From: a candidate division WOR-3 bacterium | GTDB lineage: Bacteria > Hydrothermota > Tepidihabitantia > Tepidihabitantales > JBDRVQ01 | Direction of reading: 5' to 3' | DNA length: 64,000 bases | Assembly (NCBI GenBank): GCA_039801905.1 | Contig: JBDRVQ010000003.1 | Location: 203 to 64,202, forward strand | Shown: positions 9,954-18,636 of the stretch, in pieces | How positions within the stretch are numbered: the first letter of the stretch is position 1 | Layout of the letters: each line of letters opens with the position of its first letter | Made by a program: the position numbers and the translations under genes | The notes under the pieces: model-generated | The model's database searches: none | What the model saw: the letters and a program-made list of their open reading frames with translations, nothing else | What the model was told of the DNA's origin: nothing

Positions 9954-11181
9954 TTTTAGTGGTTTCGCCCAAAGAAGAGAGGATTTGACAGAGGGAATCG
10001 GTATGGGCTTGGAATTGTGCCATTAACTCCGGTGGGACCGGAGAAGAAGGGGGAGAGGCAATTTTTAAGGGGTTAACCCAAGAGCCATCTTTTAAAACCT
10101 CAAAATGGAGATGGGGGCCCGTGGCTAAACCACTACTCCCCACATAACCGATCACTTCTCCTTGCTTTACCCTTCTTCCTACCCTAATTCCTTTTTTAAT
10201 GCGCAAGAGATGTCCATATTTGGTAATGTAACTATTGGGATGGCGAATAACCACCAATCGGCCGTAGCCACCGCACCAACCAGCAAAAGTCACCACCCCA
10301 TCTCCTAAAGCCGAGACCGGTGTGCCGGTGGGCGCGCAATAGTCAACCCCCCGGTGGGGTCGAATAATTTTTAAGATCGGGTGGCGGCGCGCCCGGGAGA
10401 AATAGGAAGAGATGTGAGAAAACCTTAATGGTGATTTGAGAAACGCCCTTCTTAGGGCTCTCCCTTTTAGGTCATAATACTCACCCCCAAATTTCACGCC
10501 AAAGTAATTCCCTACCTGCCCCTTAAAAATTGCCAACCACAAATCGCCGTAACTAAAAAATTGGTCGCCCCCATAGACCTTTTCGGTAAGGATAATAAAA
10601 GAATCACCGGTTGAGACCTCCGTCCAAAAATCAATATCCCACTCTAAGATCTCAGCAAACCTCACCGCCAGTTCTGGCTTCTCACCAATTTTTAGAACCG
10701 ACTCGTAAAGAGAAGAGGTGACGGCGCCCCTTACCACCTCCAAACGAGATTCCCGCTTCTTGTAGACCATCGCCGACCGGAGGGGAGAGAGATAGACCCG
10801 AAAGGTTCTTAAAAAATCCTTCCGGTAATCAACCGAAAGGATTTGGGAGTCTCTTTGGTAAAAGAGAAGGGTTTCCCCTTCCTTTAAGGTGAAGAAGTTC
10901 AATCCACTTTCTCTTAAACCCTTTCGGATTAATTCCCGCTCCTGTTGGGAAAGGATACTCACTTTCTGTAAAATATTATCAATCGTCTCATTCTTTTTTA
11001 AACCATACCTTAGGGTATCAACCCGCAGAAAAATAGTTTCCTTCTCTAAATCCTTTAACACCTTCTCCCGCTCTCTTATCTTCTTGCCAATCCTCAATAA
11101 AAGAAAACCCAGAAATAGAAGAAGAAGAAACCAAAAGGCGAGATAAATTCTTTTACCACCCATAGTTGGGAATTTATCCAT
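9943..11181 (-). CDS. M23-family metallopeptidase (LytM-like), membrane anchored
   Basis: HRGVDY...G...GPHLHFEV zinc-binding motifs and an N-terminal TM helix. Confidence 0.85.
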   Translation of the reverse strand: MDKFPTMGGKRIYLAFWFLLLLFLGFLLLRIGKKIREREKVLKDLEKETIFLRVDTLRYGLKKNETIDNILQKVSILSQQERELIRKGLRESGLNFFTLKEGETLLFYQRDSQILSVDYRKDFLRTFRVYLSPLRSAMVYKKRESRLEVVRGAVTSSLYESVLKIGEKPELAVRFAEILEWDIDFWTEVSTGDSFIILTEKVYGGDQFFSYGDLWLAIFKGQVGNYFGVKFGGEYYDLKGRALRRAFLKSPLRFSHISSYFSRARRHPILKIIRPHRGVDYCAPTGTPVSALGDGVVTFAGWCGGYGRLVVIRHPNSYITKYGHLLRIKKGIRVGRRVKQGEVIGYVGSSGLATGPHLHFEVLKDGSWVNPLKIASPPSSPVPPELMAQFQAHTDSLCQILSSLGETTKIKN

Positions 11182-11425
11182 TTTTCATTCCTTGTCAAGG
11201 TATGAAATTCCCAACCGGAATGTTGACATTAGAAAAAGTTTGATTAATTTTTAACCTGTATGAATCCTTGCGCAGGGAGAAGACTTTTGGGAAATGGGGC
11301 TTAGAATTAGAAAGAGAAGATTCGGAAAAGGTCTGGTTGTCAGAAGAGATAAGAGGCTGGAGAAGGCTTTAAGGATTTGAAGATGCTCCTTTTTGGAATT
11401 TTCCAAAAGAGATTTAACCCTTAGA

Positions 11426-12568
11426 ATGGAGAAGATCGTTTGGATTTTATACTGCTCCCAAAAGGGAGGACATCGTTATCCCGCTGAGGCATTGTCTTCT
11501 GCCTTTAAAAACCTTGAACAATATCAATTGGTAGCGAAGGTATTTAACCTTCTCTCCTTCTCCCCTTTATCTTCCTTTATAAGCGAAATTAGCCGCTACG
11601 GGGATTTAAAATTCCGTTCCCTCTGGCGGGCGGGATATAAAAATCTAGAAAGGAGAAATCCCCTTTTCATCGGTATCTGGCAATGGCTTTCCGCTCTCCT
11701 CTTTTCTTTGGATGGCGTAAAAGGGAAACTCCTTAGGAAAGGTGGCTTGCCCAGTCTGATCATCTCTCTCCAACCAGAAATTAATGTCCTCGCTTCTCTT
11801 TTCAAAGGTTGGTTTGGTTGCCCTTTTCATACCGTAATAATTGACTTGGCTCTCCATGGTCTATGGGTGAATAAAGAGATTAACCACTACTACCTATTTC
11901 ACGACCGGCTCCTTAGTGAGGCTAAAATTCTTGGGGTAAGTGAAGAAAAGGTTACGATTTCCGGAATCCCCCTGAGACCCGATTTCGCCTCCATCCGGAA
12001 GAAACCGATCTCGGAGGTGAGGAGGAACCTCTCTCTCCCTGAAGACCTACCGACTATCCTTTTACTCGCGGGCCTTTTGGGGGAGATGGTTAAATTTGAG
12101 GAGATAATTAAAGAGATCTCCTCCTTACCCATTCCCATCCAACTTCTCATCGTCTGCGGAAAGAATGAGAAGGCAAAAAGGCATTTAGCACAATTTAACT
12201 TTAAGAATCCAACTTATCTCTACGGCGAAGTTTCTAATATGGCGGAGATGATGTGGGCAAGTGATCTGGTGATCTCCAAACCGGGTTCGGTAACGATGAG
12301 TGAATGTTTAGCCTTAGGGAAACCGATGATTGTCCTCACCCCCAAAGCGGGTTCGGCTCAGGAATTACGTTTTGCCAACTTCTTAGAAGAAGTGGGTGCG
12401 GGCATTTGGGTGAAAAGAATAAAAGAGTTACCGGCGGTGATTAAAGAAATTCTCTCTTCTCCAGAGGCCTACTCCCGGATGAAAGAAAATGCAGAAAGAG
12501 TAGGTCTTTTAAACTTAACCGCCTCCCAAACTATCGCCCAAAGTATCAGAAAGACCTTGGGGGGGTGA
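11426..12568 (+). CDS. GT28-type glycosyltransferase (MGDG-synthase / diacylglycerol glycosyltransferase-like)
   Basis: N-terminal [10 protein letters not shown] and C-terminal [20 protein letters not shown] resemble MurG/MGDG-synthase folds. The start is taken at the internal Met (MEKIVWILY); the ORF opens at 11393. Confidence 0.65.
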   Translation: MEKIVWILYCSQKGGHRYPAEALSSAFKNLEQYQLVAKVFNLLSFSPLSSFISEISRYGDLKFRSLWRAGYKNLERRNPLFIGIWQWLSALLFSLDGVKGKLLRKGGLPSLIISLQPEINVLASLFKGWFGCPFHTVIIDLALHGLWVNKEINHYYLFHDRLLSEAKILGVSEEKVTISGIPLRPDFASIRKKPISEVRRNLSLPEDLPTILLLAGLLGEMVKFEEIIKEISSLPIPIQLLIVCGKNEKAKRHLAQFNFKNPTYLYGEVSNMAEMMWASDLVISKPGSVTMSECLALGKPMIVLTPKAGSAQELRFANFLEEVGAGIWVKRIKELPAVIKEILSSPEAYSRMKENAERVGLLNLTASQTIAQSIRKTLGG

Positions 12569-12569
12569 A

Positions 12570-13652
12570 ATGAGAGGTGTCGGTTTAATTACCGGTTCTT
12601 GCGGCTTAGTGGGCTCGGAGGCGGTTTCTTTCTTCATTGGGAAAGGTTTTGACATTGTGGGCATTGATAATGACCTCCGCTCCTATTTCTTTGGTCAAGA
12701 GGCCTCAACCTCCTGGCAAAAAGAGAATTTGAAAAGACATTACCCCTCTCACTATCGCCATTACGATTTGGACATCCGAGATTTTGAAGGGTTAGCCAAA
12801 ATCTTTAGGGAGTATAAATTTGACCTTATCATCCATACCGCCGCCCAACCTTCTCACGATTGGGCAGCAAAAGAACCGATTACCGATTTCACCGTGAATG
12901 CCAATGGCACCTTAAACCTTTTAGAACTGACAAGAAAATATTCTCCGGATGCAGTCTTCATCTTCACCTCCACCAATAAGGTCTATGGCGATCGACCAAA
13001 CCAATTGCCTCTGATTGAATTGCCATCCCGCTATGAGATAGAGAAAGAGCATAGATATTATGAAGGGATTGATGAGACGATGCCCATTGATGATTGCCTC
13101 CATTCCCTCTTCGGTGCCTCCAAGGTGGCAGCCGATATCTTAGTTCAGGAATACGGCCGATACTTCCATATGAAGACCGTCTCCTTCCGGGGTGGCTGCC
13201 TCACAGGACCGGCTCATTCCGGTACCCGCCTCCACGGTTTTCTATCCTATTTAGTACGCTGTGCCATAACCGGCATCACCTATCATATCTACGGCTATAA
13301 AGGAAAACAGGTGCGGGACAATATCCACTCCTATGATCTGGTCAACGCCTTCTACCATTTCTTCTTAAATCCCAAAGAGGGTGCGGTCTATAATATCGGA
13401 GGTGGTCGTTTTGCCAACTGCTCCATCTTAGAGGCGATACAATTGATTGAAGAGATTACAAATAAGAAGGTGAATTATCTTTACGAAGAACCGCCCCGCA
13501 GGGGAGACCACATTTGGTACATAAGTGATGTCCGAAAGTTTAAAAAAGACTATCCCCAATGGACTTATACCAAAGACCTGCGCGCCATCATTCAAGAAAT
13601 TTATGAGGAGCAAAAGAAATTACCCTTACAAGAGTTGATGTCTCAGAGTTAA
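12570..13652 (+). CDS. NAD-dependent epimerase/dehydratase (extended SDR, CDP-paratose 2-epimerase-like)
   Basis: GSCGLVGS Rossmann motif and an extended-SDR layout. The expected YxxxK appears as FGASK (see findings). Confidence 0.75.
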   Translation: MRGVGLITGSCGLVGSEAVSFFIGKGFDIVGIDNDLRSYFFGQEASTSWQKENLKRHYPSHYRHYDLDIRDFEGLAKIFREYKFDLIIHTAAQPSHDWAAKEPITDFTVNANGTLNLLELTRKYSPDAVFIFTSTNKVYGDRPNQLPLIELPSRYEIEKEHRYYEGIDETMPIDDCLHSLFGASKVAADILVQEYGRYFHMKTVSFRGGCLTGPAHSGTRLHGFLSYLVRCAITGITYHIYGYKGKQVRDNIHSYDLVNAFYHFFLNPKEGAVYNIGGGRFANCSILEAIQLIEEITNKKVNYLYEEPPRRGDHIWYISDVRKFKKDYPQWTYTKDLRAIIQEIYEEQKKLPLQELMSQS

Positions 13653-13657
13653 CCTGT

Positions 13658-15637
13658 TCAATCTTTAAGCCTTAAGCCAAAGAAAATGGTCCGGCCGGGT
13701 CGGGGATAGTCGCGGTCGGAAATCGTATTGCCAAAGGCTTCCGCATAAGTCACATCAAAAAGGTTTTCTGCCTTAAAGGCAAATACTAACCGGCTTATCA
13801 ATCTCCTCTCCAAGCGAAGGCCAAGAGTGAAATAACTCGGTAGCCGCTTCCTTTTCATATAGACCTTAGGAAAACTATCATAAGCGGGGTAGTAATTGAC
13901 CTTATCACCAACAAAATTCCCTTCCAAATGAAGAAGGGTATGGGTATCTCGGAAGAGAAGGGAAGGGGAAAGCTTAAATGAGGGGAGAAATGCCGCCCGT
14001 CGCTTTATTTCGGCAAAGGAATCCCAATAGACCATCTCCTTCCGCAATTGGGTCGCCTTTTTCCAATCGCCAGAAAGAGAGAAGAGAATATTATGGGAAA
14101 TTAGCCATTTCCCTTCCCATTCTAAACCGAAAACTTCCTGCTGGTCAACATTGGTTGGCCGCCAAAAGCCAGCGGTATCGGGAAACCAGGCGATTAAGTC
14201 CTTCGTCTTTCGGTAAAAGAAAGTTAGAGAAACGGGATTAATATCAAAACCTGACTGGAAAGTCCAACCCACCTCCGGTTTTAAGGAGAGATTACCACTT
14301 CTGGGCCAATATAAGTCGTTAAAGGTTGGCGCTCGAAATGCCCGAGCGAGATGAAAACGAAACTTACCGGAGGGAAGCGGGTAGGTGATACCGAAACTGG
14401 GACTAAAAAAGCCACAAAAGACCTTATCCCAGTCGTAACGAAAAGAGGAAAAGAGGGAAGGTTTTTCCCAAAAATTACCTTCCAGAAAGAGACCGACCCT
14501 TTCCCCCTTTGGGTTATACATAGTATCCTTATAGGAGTAAGTTCCTAAATCATAAAAGTAGGAATGGCTCTTAAAATCGTCCCTCTTAAAATCAATACCT
14601 CCGGCAATTTGGAGCGGCATCTCTTCTGGTGCCAGAGTGGAAGTCAGATTTCCGCCGTAGGTCTTTATCCAATAGGTATCTTGATAAATCGCCGTATCCG
14701 TTGAGAACTGGTCAACCCATTGGTAACGAGTGCGATTGGCATTAAAGAAGGGTGAAAATTTGATTTTAAGGTTAGAGGAAGGCGCAAAACTGATCTCACC
14801 ACCAATTCGGTATTGGTTATCCCTTTGCCGGTCATAGATTGAGGAAGCGGTAGAATCGCCATACCTCGGAATTGTCTCCCGTGGTGGCTTCGGCCCACAG
14901 ATTCCCATCTCCTTCTCTTCGTAATTAAAGTTTAATCGGAGGTTTTCTAAGTGAGCGAGAGAGAAACTTCCTCCTAAGGTACTGGCATCTTCATTTGACC
15001 GAACACCTTTGGTCTTCTCCCGGTGGAGAGAGAAAAGGAAGCCGGTTCTATCATCCCCATTGATACCAGAAGTGAAATTAAATAGGTAAGTGTTAAAAGA
15101 TGGACGGAGAGAATTAGAAAAGATATTGCCCCCACTCAACTCCCCCAAGATATTCAATCTCCTGGGTTTTAAGTGATAAGGACTCTTCGTGATAAAATTG
15201 ACCACTCCCCCTAAGGCATTTGCTCCATAAAGACTGGAAGCCCCTCCTTTTAAGATTTCTATCCTCTTTAGATTATCCGTGGGAATTAGCCCCAAGTCAG
15301 GAGTTCCGGTGGCTGGGGAATAGAAGGGGATACCATCAACCAAAACCAATACCTGTTGACTGGTGGAACCAAGGAGAGAAAGGGAAGAGAGACCCTTAAG
15401 GAAGGTATAATTCCGAAAATCAATCCCTTCTATACCGGAGAAGATACCTGACAAATCACCAAATCCCTTTAATCGGATAACCTCTTCGGAAATGATGTTA
15501 ACCGCTACCGGTAACTTCTCAATCTGGCTAGTGACCCGAGAGGCGGTGATGAAGATTGTATCAACCGTGTAGGTTTGAGCGAGTAAAGATAAGGGTATAA
15601 TCTCTAAGATAAAGAATGTGATTTTTTTTGGTAACAT
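13658..15637 (-). CDS. TonB-dependent receptor, BtuB-like (probable cobalamin/corrinoid uptake)
   Basis: Plug-domain motifs (ITASR..., IEILKGGASSLYGANALGGVVNFIT) and a long beta-barrel region. Start chosen at MLPKK, 6 nt after AAGGAGG. A cobalamin riboswitch lies immediately upstream. Confidence 0.85.
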   Translation of the reverse strand: MLPKKITFFILEIIPLSLLAQTYTVDTIFITASRVTSQIEKLPVAVNIISEEVIRLKGFGDLSGIFSGIEGIDFRNYTFLKGLSSLSLLGSTSQQVLVLVDGIPFYSPATGTPDLGLIPTDNLKRIEILKGGASSLYGANALGGVVNFITKSPYHLKPRRLNILGELSGGNIFSNSLRPSFNTYLFNFTSGINGDDRTGFLFSLHREKTKGVRSNEDASTLGGSFSLAHLENLRLNFNYEEKEMGICGPKPPRETIPRYGDSTASSIYDRQRDNQYRIGGEISFAPSSNLKIKFSPFFNANRTRYQWVDQFSTDTAIYQDTYWIKTYGGNLTSTLAPEEMPLQIAGGIDFKRDDFKSHSYFYDLGTYSYKDTMYNPKGERVGLFLEGNFWEKPSLFSSFRYDWDKVFCGFFSPSFGITYPLPSGKFRFHLARAFRAPTFNDLYWPRSGNLSLKPEVGWTFQSGFDINPVSLTFFYRKTKDLIAWFPDTAGFWRPTNVDQQEVFGLEWEGKWLISHNILFSLSGDWKKATQLRKEMVYWDSFAEIKRRAAFLPSFKLSPSLLFRDTHTLLHLEGNFVGDKVNYYPAYDSFPKVYMKRKRLPSYFTLGLRLERRLISRLVFAFKAENLFDVTYAEAFGNTISDRDYPRPGRTIFFGLRLKD

Positions 15638-15672
15638 AATTCCTCCTTTCCTCGCCAAGAGGAATTAAGAAA

Positions 15673-15872
15673 GTGGTAAAGAGGTCTCCTGGCTTGCGGG
15701 TCATCCTACTCTCCCCACCTTCCCATCCCGCAGATATTATGGGCGGGATAGTGGTATTAAGGGGATTTCGTCGCCGCTCACAGTGGGCAGGACCGCGCGG
15801 GATTTCCACCCGCTTCCCTAATCCCGATGGGATATTTATCGGGACTCCCCTTAAAGAGAGGACCTTTACCAC
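15673..15872 (-). promoter_or_regulatory. Cobalamin (B12) riboswitch
   Basis: The minus-strand RNA contains GGGAAGCGGGTGGAAATCCCGCGCGGTCCTGCCCACTGTGAGC and the B12 box AAGCCAGGAGACCTC. The closing helix is GTGGTAAAG (15872-15864) paired with CTTTACCAC (15681-15673). It sits between a promoter and the receptor SD/ATG. Confidence 0.88.
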
Positions 15873-15881
15873 CATCCTTTC

Positions 15882-15909
15882 ATTATAAAAAGTTGGGGGG
15901 GGAAGTCAA
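15882..15909 (-). promoter_or_regulatory. Sigma70-type promoter for the riboswitch-btuB-like transcript
   Basis: Minus strand reads TTGACT (15909-15904), 16-nt spacer, TATAAT (15887-15882), about 10 nt before the riboswitch P1. Confidence 0.7.
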
Positions 15910-16298
15910 GTAAAGTAATTCTCTTGGTTATTTGGAAGAAGATTTTGGCTAAAATAAAAGACTGCCCAAGAGATGCAATGCCCAAAAATACTATCTACCT
16001 CGCCTTAACTAAAGAAAAAGAGAATGACCTAAACGATAAAACAACAAAGATGTGGTTTCTAAAGTCCAATTTTTGGCTTGGTCTTGTGGTGAGGTATTTG
16101 GGGAGATGGCAGTCTGGTGGTTGCGTCTCTTTGGTTTTAGGAAAAAGGTTGTGATTTGGTCAGACGGTGGTTTGAGATTTTGATACTTCTCAACCTGGGG
16201 CTTAGGACCTCTTAAAACCTTTCAGGATCATCTTGACCATGAGCAAATCTTTATTAAGGTTTTTCCCTTTTTGGGTGTTATATTATATGGAGGCAAAT

Positions 16299-16522
16299 AT
16301 GGGAGTGAGAGATGCCTTAAACAGGATTAAGGTTGCTCCCTTTGGCATTATTTTACCGGAGGAGTTATGAGAATAAAGATAAAGAAGAAAGACCCGATTA
16401 AGAGGTTTGGAGATATACCACCAAAGATTTGGCTTTCAATTTCCCAAAGCGACCGAGCAGAAAATAAAGGTCTAATAAAGGAGGTCTTATTGGCAATCAC
16501 GGAGGTCCTCCAAAATAACTAA
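16299..16522 (+). other. Two coupled mini-ORFs (23 aa at 16299-16370; 51 aa at 16367-16522), unverified
   Basis: GGAGG lies 5 nt before the first ATG, and the two ORFs overlap as ATGA. ORF2 contains one array-like unit, ggtctaataaag (G-L-I-K). I recognise no homology. Confidence 0.25.
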
Positions 16523-16567
16523 TCCCAAAAGGGAAAATCCAAAGGAGAGAGGATGAAAGGTAAGAAA

Positions 16568-16812
16568 GGAGGGTTTTATCTTTATAAAAAGTGGGGGGCG
16601 ATATAGGGAGCGGTATCGGGGATCTAATAGGGGGCGTAAGGGAAGGTCTAAGGGAGGGTGTAATCCTGGATTTAATGGAGGGTCTAAGAGAGGGTTTAAT
16701 GGCGGATATAATAGAGGGTGTAATTGGGGGTCTAACCGAGAGTCTAATAGGGGGTGTAATCCCGAGCCGTATCGGGAAGGTAAGGGAGGGTTTAACTGGG
16801 GATATAATTGGG
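16568..16812 (+). repeat. Array A: conserved head (GGAGGG-N8-TTATAAAAAG-GTG...GGTATCGGG) plus 16 tandem 12-nt units, consensus GGTYTAATnnrr
   Basis: Units phased from 16621 to 16812, and 15 of 16 carry TAA at unit positions 5-7. There are no spacers. A GTG-initiated frame (16591-16875) is open, and so is an antisense frame. Confidence 0.85.
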
Positions 16813-16871
16813 AGAGACTTCCCAATAAAAGGTGGGTGCCACCAAAATCAGCACCCGCCAAAGGGTACACC

Positions 16872-17060
16872 ATGAGTATTTTTCTTAAAATCTCTAAAAA
16901 ATCAAGGGTTAAAAGAAACCGCCGAGAGCAAAAGAGAAGACGGAGGCTCCTTCAAAAAAATAGGCTCTGGCTAAAAAGTATCCTTGACGAGGTAGTGAGG
17001 AACGAGCTAAGGGATCAATTGAGGAAACCTCCGTTGGTGAGTTCCGAGGCATTCAGTTAA
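16872..17060 (+). CDS. Hypothetical highly basic small protein (62 aa)
   Basis: ATG ORF between the two convergent arrays (MSIFLKISKKSRVKRNRREQKRRRR...). Weak SD and no recognisable family. Confidence 0.2.
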   Translation: MSIFLKISKKSRVKRNRREQKRRRRLLQKNRLWLKSILDEVVRNELRDQLRKPPLVSSEAFS

Positions 17061-17143
17061 TGCTTAAAAGGAAACCTCGGTGGCGGATAGATTATCCGGA
17101 GTTAGTGGTGGAGGTATGAGAGGGGTGAGTGCTGTCTCTGTTT

Positions 17144-17424
17144 GGCTATAATCTTTCTAATTAACCCCTTATTTATTATTCCAATTAGTCTCTCAATTAG
17201 ACCTTCGTTTATTATCCCAATTAGAGCCCTTATTAGACCTCCGGTTAGATTCCTAATTACCCAGCCAATTATTATCTCTATCAGTCCTTATATTATAGTT
17301 CCAATTAGAAGTTCTATTATTCCCTTAATTAAACTTTCTATTAGGCCTCTTATTAAACCTATATTTAGACCCCCGATACCATCCCCTGTATGCTACACCC
17401 CTTTTTATAAAAATAAATCCCTCC
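17144..17424 (-). repeat. Array B: same head as arrays A and C plus 19 tandem 12-nt units on the minus strand
   Basis: Units phased from 17371 to 17144: 17 have TAA, one TGA and one TTA at unit positions 5-7. The head differs from array C by 1 nt over 36 nt. The G-L-I-x frame has TAG as codon 2 (17395-17393) and TAA at 17290-17288. Confidence 0.85.
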
Positions 17425-17469
17425 CTTTCTTTTGGAAACCAACCCTTATCCGCTTTTTAGTTTACTCTA

Positions 17470-17498
17470 ATTATAAACTAATACTTAAAATTTGTCAA
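17470..17498 (-). promoter_or_regulatory. Consensus sigma70 promoter driving array B
   Basis: Minus strand reads TTGACA (17498-17493), 17-nt spacer, TATAAT (17475-17470). It lies 45 nt upstream of the GGAGGG of the head. Confidence 0.7.
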
Positions 17499-17548
17499 CC
17501 TATCTCATAATGATAATCTTCCTTACCGCCTTAATTTTTTCTCCATCT

Positions 17549-17878
17549 CTAACTTCGGAGGATTCTCATAACGCCTTCCCCTTCGCCTGTGTGGAAGGGA
17601 GGAGAGTTGGTATACCCTAAGGGAGCTACCGAAGGGTTGTTTGTGGTGAAACTGCAAATTACAACAGCAGTATCCGAATAGCCGCCGACAACCGGGCAAT
17701 AATAATGGTTCCATCCTGATGTTTCAGTTGGACGGGCAAAACCAAGGTTTGTGTGGGGAGAGCGAAAGGTTACCGAATAGGAAGAATCCCGAACTGGATT
17801 ACCTATATTATCGGTCAGTTTGCCTTGATAGTTTAAGAGGAGGGGAATAGAGATAAGGAAATCTATATTATTTGTCAA
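17549..17878 (-). pseudogene. Probable gene fragment of a secreted repeat protein (LNYQGKLTDNIGNPV... motif)
   Basis: The ORF has no ATG; the TTG at its start is part of a TTGACA hexamer. It has no signal peptide and no sorting tail. Confidence 0.25.
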
Positions 17879-17961
17879 AGTCTTCTTTTGGTGATTCGGT
17901 TTTCCCCTTAACTTATCCTTGAAATTGAGAAGATATTAATTATAATTACTTAGGAGGATTT

Positions 17962-18636
17962 ATGAGTTTTATTCTCTTTGTCTCTTTCCTTTTTAATCTT
18001 GGCCAATGGGTCAGTTATTGTAATGAATATCCTGACCTCTTTGTCTTTTACGGGCCGGAGAAAGCGATGCTCATTAACCCAAGTGACTTTGGTATCACTT
18101 ATCCCTTAACGATTGAATCCTTACGCACCCGGTTTTACAGTTCCATGGGTGGTTTTACCGACTCCGCCTTCGTTTATAAGATTTATGCTGGGGATGGTCA
18201 AACCTTGCTTTTTGAATCGGAAACCCTTATCGCCCTTCGCCCGCCCCAACATTTCCGGTATGCTTTAAGAAATCCCGTAGTCATTGAAAGTGGTAACTTC
18301 TATGTGGCGATTGCCAGCCGGACCTATCGCGAACCCTTTGGTTATCCCTTCATCGCTACAGATGATAATTCAACTCCCCAAAAGAGTTTCTATGGTCTGC
18401 CGGGTCGCTGGACTTTATCCGACTACGGGGAGTACTTTATCTTCGCCTTTGTCAGTTGGACGCCAACTGGTGAAAAGGAGAGAAAAGGAGAATGGATTGG
18501 TGGAAAAAGAGGGAACGAAAGGATTAAGAAAATCTACAATGTGAAGGGAGAATTACTAACCGAAAGTAAAAAACTTCCCCCCGGGGTCTATTTCTTGAAG
18601 ACCGGGGATAAGGTGAGGAAGGTGATAAAGTTATGA
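17962..18636 (+). CDS. Secreted protein with a T9SS-type C-terminal sorting domain
   Basis: N-terminal hydrophobic signal. The C-terminal KIYNVKGELL...LPPGVYFLKTGDKVRKVIKL resembles Por-secretion tails. Confidence 0.6.
   Translation: MSFILFVSFLFNLGQWVSYCNEYPDLFVFYGPEKAMLINPSDFGITYPLTIESLRTRFYSSMGGFTDSAFVYKIYAGDGQTLLFESETLIALRPPQHFRYALRNPVVIESGNFYVAIASRTYREPFGYPFIATDDNSTPQKSFYGLPGRWTLSDYGEYFIFAFVSWTPTGEKERKGEWIGGKRGNERIKKIYNVKGELLTESKKLPPGVYFLKTGDKVRKVIKL

Noticed and set aside
15561-15888. ORFs 15561-15875 (-) and 15673-15888 (+)
   Set aside because: Both lie inside the cobalamin riboswitch and promoter region, and the conserved RNA motifs explain the sequence.
15882-15905. Plus-strand ATTATAAAAAGTTGGGGGGGG resembling the array head (TTATAAAAAGTGGGGGG)
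   Set aside because: No 12-nt array follows it. On the minus strand it is simply the TATAAT box and C-rich spacer of the btuB-riboswitch promoter, so the resemblance is probably coincidental.
16621-16812. Possibility that the tandem arrays are CRISPRs
   Set aside because: The units are 12 nt and directly abutting, with no unique spacers. There are no cas genes in the window, and the units are degenerate rather than identical.
16831-16859. Hairpin GGTGGGTGC-N11-GCACCCGCC just after array A as a terminator
   Set aside because: The 9-bp stem is real but has no T-tract after it, so I could not support a rho-independent terminator call. It may still be structural.
16487-16873. 128-aa minus-strand ORF with PxLx tetrads (PLLDPPLNPGLHPPLD...) antisense to array A
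   Set aside because: It is the mirror image of the 12-nt repeat, with TTA read as Leu. The equivalent antisense frame is closed in arrays B, C and D, where a different antisense frame is open in B only. It is therefore a by-product of periodic DNA, not a conserved gene.
17142-17510. 122-aa plus-strand ORF (IIPISLSIRPSFIIPIR...) across array B
   Set aside because: It is antisense to the promoter-driven orientation of the array and uses a different frame from the antisense ORF over array A. It has no SD. It is a periodicity artefact.
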